From Acidimicrobiales bacterium (lineage in GTDB: Bacteria > Actinomycetota > Acidimicrobiia > Acidimicrobiales > Aldehydirespiratoraceae), in assembly GCA_049437325.1 (NCBI GenBank), contig JBMTIM010000001.1, positions 80,738-144,737 of the forward strand: a stretch of 64,000 bases of DNA, in the 5' to 3' direction. Both the position numbers and the translations under genes were made by a program. The notes below the pieces were generated by a model, which had not been told where the DNA came from, ran no database searches, and saw nothing but the letters and a program-made list of their open reading frames with translations. This document shows positions 62,549-64,000 of this stretch, one piece after another. Position 1 is the first letter of the stretch. Each line of letters opens with the position of its first letter.

Positions 62549-63219
62549 GACGACAGGGGGTCCGAGGGCTCGAGCAGTTGGGTCAGGCCGGGATACTCGT
62601 CGATCGGTTCGAGAGACCGGTCGATGTACAGGAGCCCGAAGGTGATGCACAGGAACGACACCACGAAGTTCGTCCCTGATCGGGCAAGGAAGAAGAGGTT
62701 GAAGCCGGAGTTGTTGAACAACCACACGTCCCAGATGGCCGACCCGCACTCGTAGGCGACAATGATCCAACTGGCGTTCGACATCGTGCGGTGGTACCGA
62801 GGATCGTCGAGCACCTGCTGCTGAAGGTCGACGACCTTTGGGATCATCCACGCCAGCATTGGCCGTCCGGCAAGGATCGTCGCAGCGACGGCAATGCCGA
62901 CCAGGAACTTGGTGACGAACCCGATGCCGAAATACACCGCCTCGGAGCTGATACCGAAGTCGAGGAGCTCTCGTTCCACCGCCACCGTCACCGCTGCCCG
63001 GGCGAGCAGATAGACCGTGATCGTGGGGAGCCACCAGCCGATGTCGAGCCCTCGCTTCCGCCGACCGATCGCTGCTTTGATCGACCACGCAGTGGCAGCA
63101 AGAACAGCGGGAATGATCCCGACAGTGTTGAACAGCACGAAGAACAGCAGGACCGGCATGAGCTGATCGAGGTTCGATCCCCCACGGATGCCCATCGATG
63201 GAGGGCGGTTGTCGCTCAT
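62545..63219 (-). CDS. Integral membrane protein (possibly DUF3159-like)
   Basis: Track ORF 62545..63237. ATG 63219 preferred (ATGA overlap with the upstream stop). 5-6 hydrophobic helices. Confidence 0.65.
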   Translation of the reverse strand: MSDNRPPSMGIRGGSNLDQLMPVLLFFVLFNTVGIIPAVLAATAWSIKAAIGRRKRGLDIGWWLPTITVYLLARAAVTVAVERELLDFGISSEAVYFGIGFVTKFLVGIAVAATILAGRPMLAWMIPKVVDLQQQVLDDPRYHRTMSNASWIIVAYECGSAIWDVWLFNNSGFNLFFLARSGTNFVVSFLCITFGLLYIDRSLEPIDEYPGLTQLLEPSDPLSS

Positions 63220-63923
63220 CGAGTCAATTCGAACCACTCGGTGACGAGTGCCGGGTCACCGAAGGTCTCGAGTGGTTCGAGGGTGCCCCGGCCCCACACG
63301 GCAAGCATGAGGTCAACACCGGTCCCTCTCACCGCTGCGTCACCCTTTGCGTGTTCTCTGGTTGCAACGATGACATCGTCATCGACCTTGATCGTCCACT
63401 CCCCTGCACCATCGGTGCGGTGAACGTGCAGTGACCCTGCTGGACGTCCCGCTCGAAGCGGGGCGAACTCGATGAGCCGCTCATCGACGGCGTCAGCCGC
63501 TTCGTCACCGTCGATCTCGCTCGCCACACCGGCCATCTGCTCCGCATCGATGCGATGCACGAGGTTCTCGAGGTGGAGCCGCCGAATGTAGTAGTCCGTC
63601 GTCTGCGTGGTGGCCCACGACCAGTGCGGCGCACCGGGTTCGAGCACTCGCATGTGGGCATCGACCCGTTCGAGCGCCGTCCGAGCTGCATCGAACTCTC
63701 CGCCGACAACCTTTTCCGGAAACATCTCACGCTCGGGAAAGCTGTCGAGTCCATGCTCGACGATCACAGAGAGCATGTGCCACACCCGAGCCATGTGGGA
63801 AGCGAGCGCTCGGCCGTCCCAGTCGGGGCAGTTCGGCACGCCAACATCGGGGTTGGCGGCGGTCAGTTCGATGATCCGCTCGCCATCTTCGAAGGCGCGA
63901 TCGAGACGAAATGAAGCGTCCAT
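63216..63923 (-). CDS. Mycothiol-dependent maleylpyruvate-isomerase-family (DinB-like MDMPI) protein
   Basis: Track ORF 63216..63989. Start at MDASFRLDRA (CAT 63921-63923). DinB-like N-domain with PNCPDWDGRALASHM. Confidence 0.8.
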   Translation of the reverse strand: MDASFRLDRAFEDGERIIELTAANPDVGVPNCPDWDGRALASHMARVWHMLSVIVEHGLDSFPEREMFPEKVVGGEFDAARTALERVDAHMRVLEPGAPHWSWATTQTTDYYIRRLHLENLVHRIDAEQMAGVASEIDGDEAADAVDERLIEFAPLRAGRPAGSLHVHRTDGAGEWTIKVDDDVIVATREHAKGDAAVRGTGVDLMLAVWGRGTLEPLETFGDPALVTEWFELTR

Positions 63924-64000
63924 TTGCCCAGTCTGGCGCACAGCGATGATGATGCGGAAGACCGGCGACCACGAGGGGCCCATGGGCACGATTGCGATCA

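Noticed and set aside
1-64000. Search for tRNA/rRNA genes, IS elements, integrases, prophage or plasmid modules, toxin-antitoxin pairs and known defence systems
   Set aside because: No intergenic region exceeds about 215 nt. None showed a cloverleaf-like or rRNA-like sequence, terminal inverted repeats or a transposase/integrase-like ORF. Apart from short promoter patches, the composition is uniform, giving no sign of a horizontally acquired island.

Overview
High-GC (roughly two-thirds G+C) actinobacterial chromosomal segment. Lineage markers are the mycothiol amidase Mca, a mycothiol-dependent MDMPI enzyme, WhiB, NucS, F420-type LLM oxidoreductases, Kgd-type 2-oxoglutarate dehydrogenase and ImuA'/ImuB/DnaE2. 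I call about 57 protein-coding genes. They are tightly packed, with many 4-nt ATGA/GTGA start-stop overlaps and several convergent 3' overlaps. I recognised no rRNA, tRNA, CRISPR array, transposase or prophage gene. Many long ORFs in the track are antisense or alternative-frame artefacts typical of high-GC DNA, and several real genes are only the C-terminal part of a longer track ORF; I moved those starts by reading the sequence. The content is mostly housekeeping and catabolic, with many nucleic-acid repair and processing genes: UvrD2-like helicase, ExoIII, NucS, methyltransferase-Mug fusion, thermonuclease, DUF3516 helicase and the SOS mutasome. The observations most worth follow-up are: (1) a small ORF interrupted by one in-frame TGA, followed 14 nt later by a perfect hairpin with a GGUC tetraloop like the E. 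coli fdhF SECIS, suggesting selenocysteine recoding; (2) an imuA'-imuB-[unknown polytopic membrane protein]-dnaE2 locus with two LexA boxes, each in the spacer of a near-identical leaderless promoter; (3) a Zc3h12a-type NYN RNase fused to an S1 domain and two lysine-rich histone-like repeat tracts; (4) ettA flanked by that gene and by a Rae1/YacP-like NYN gene that has no canonical start codon before its catalytic N-terminus; (5) unusual fusions (SAM-methyltransferase-Mug, adenosine deaminase-DUF952). All functional calls rest on my recognition of motifs in the translations. No database search was run.
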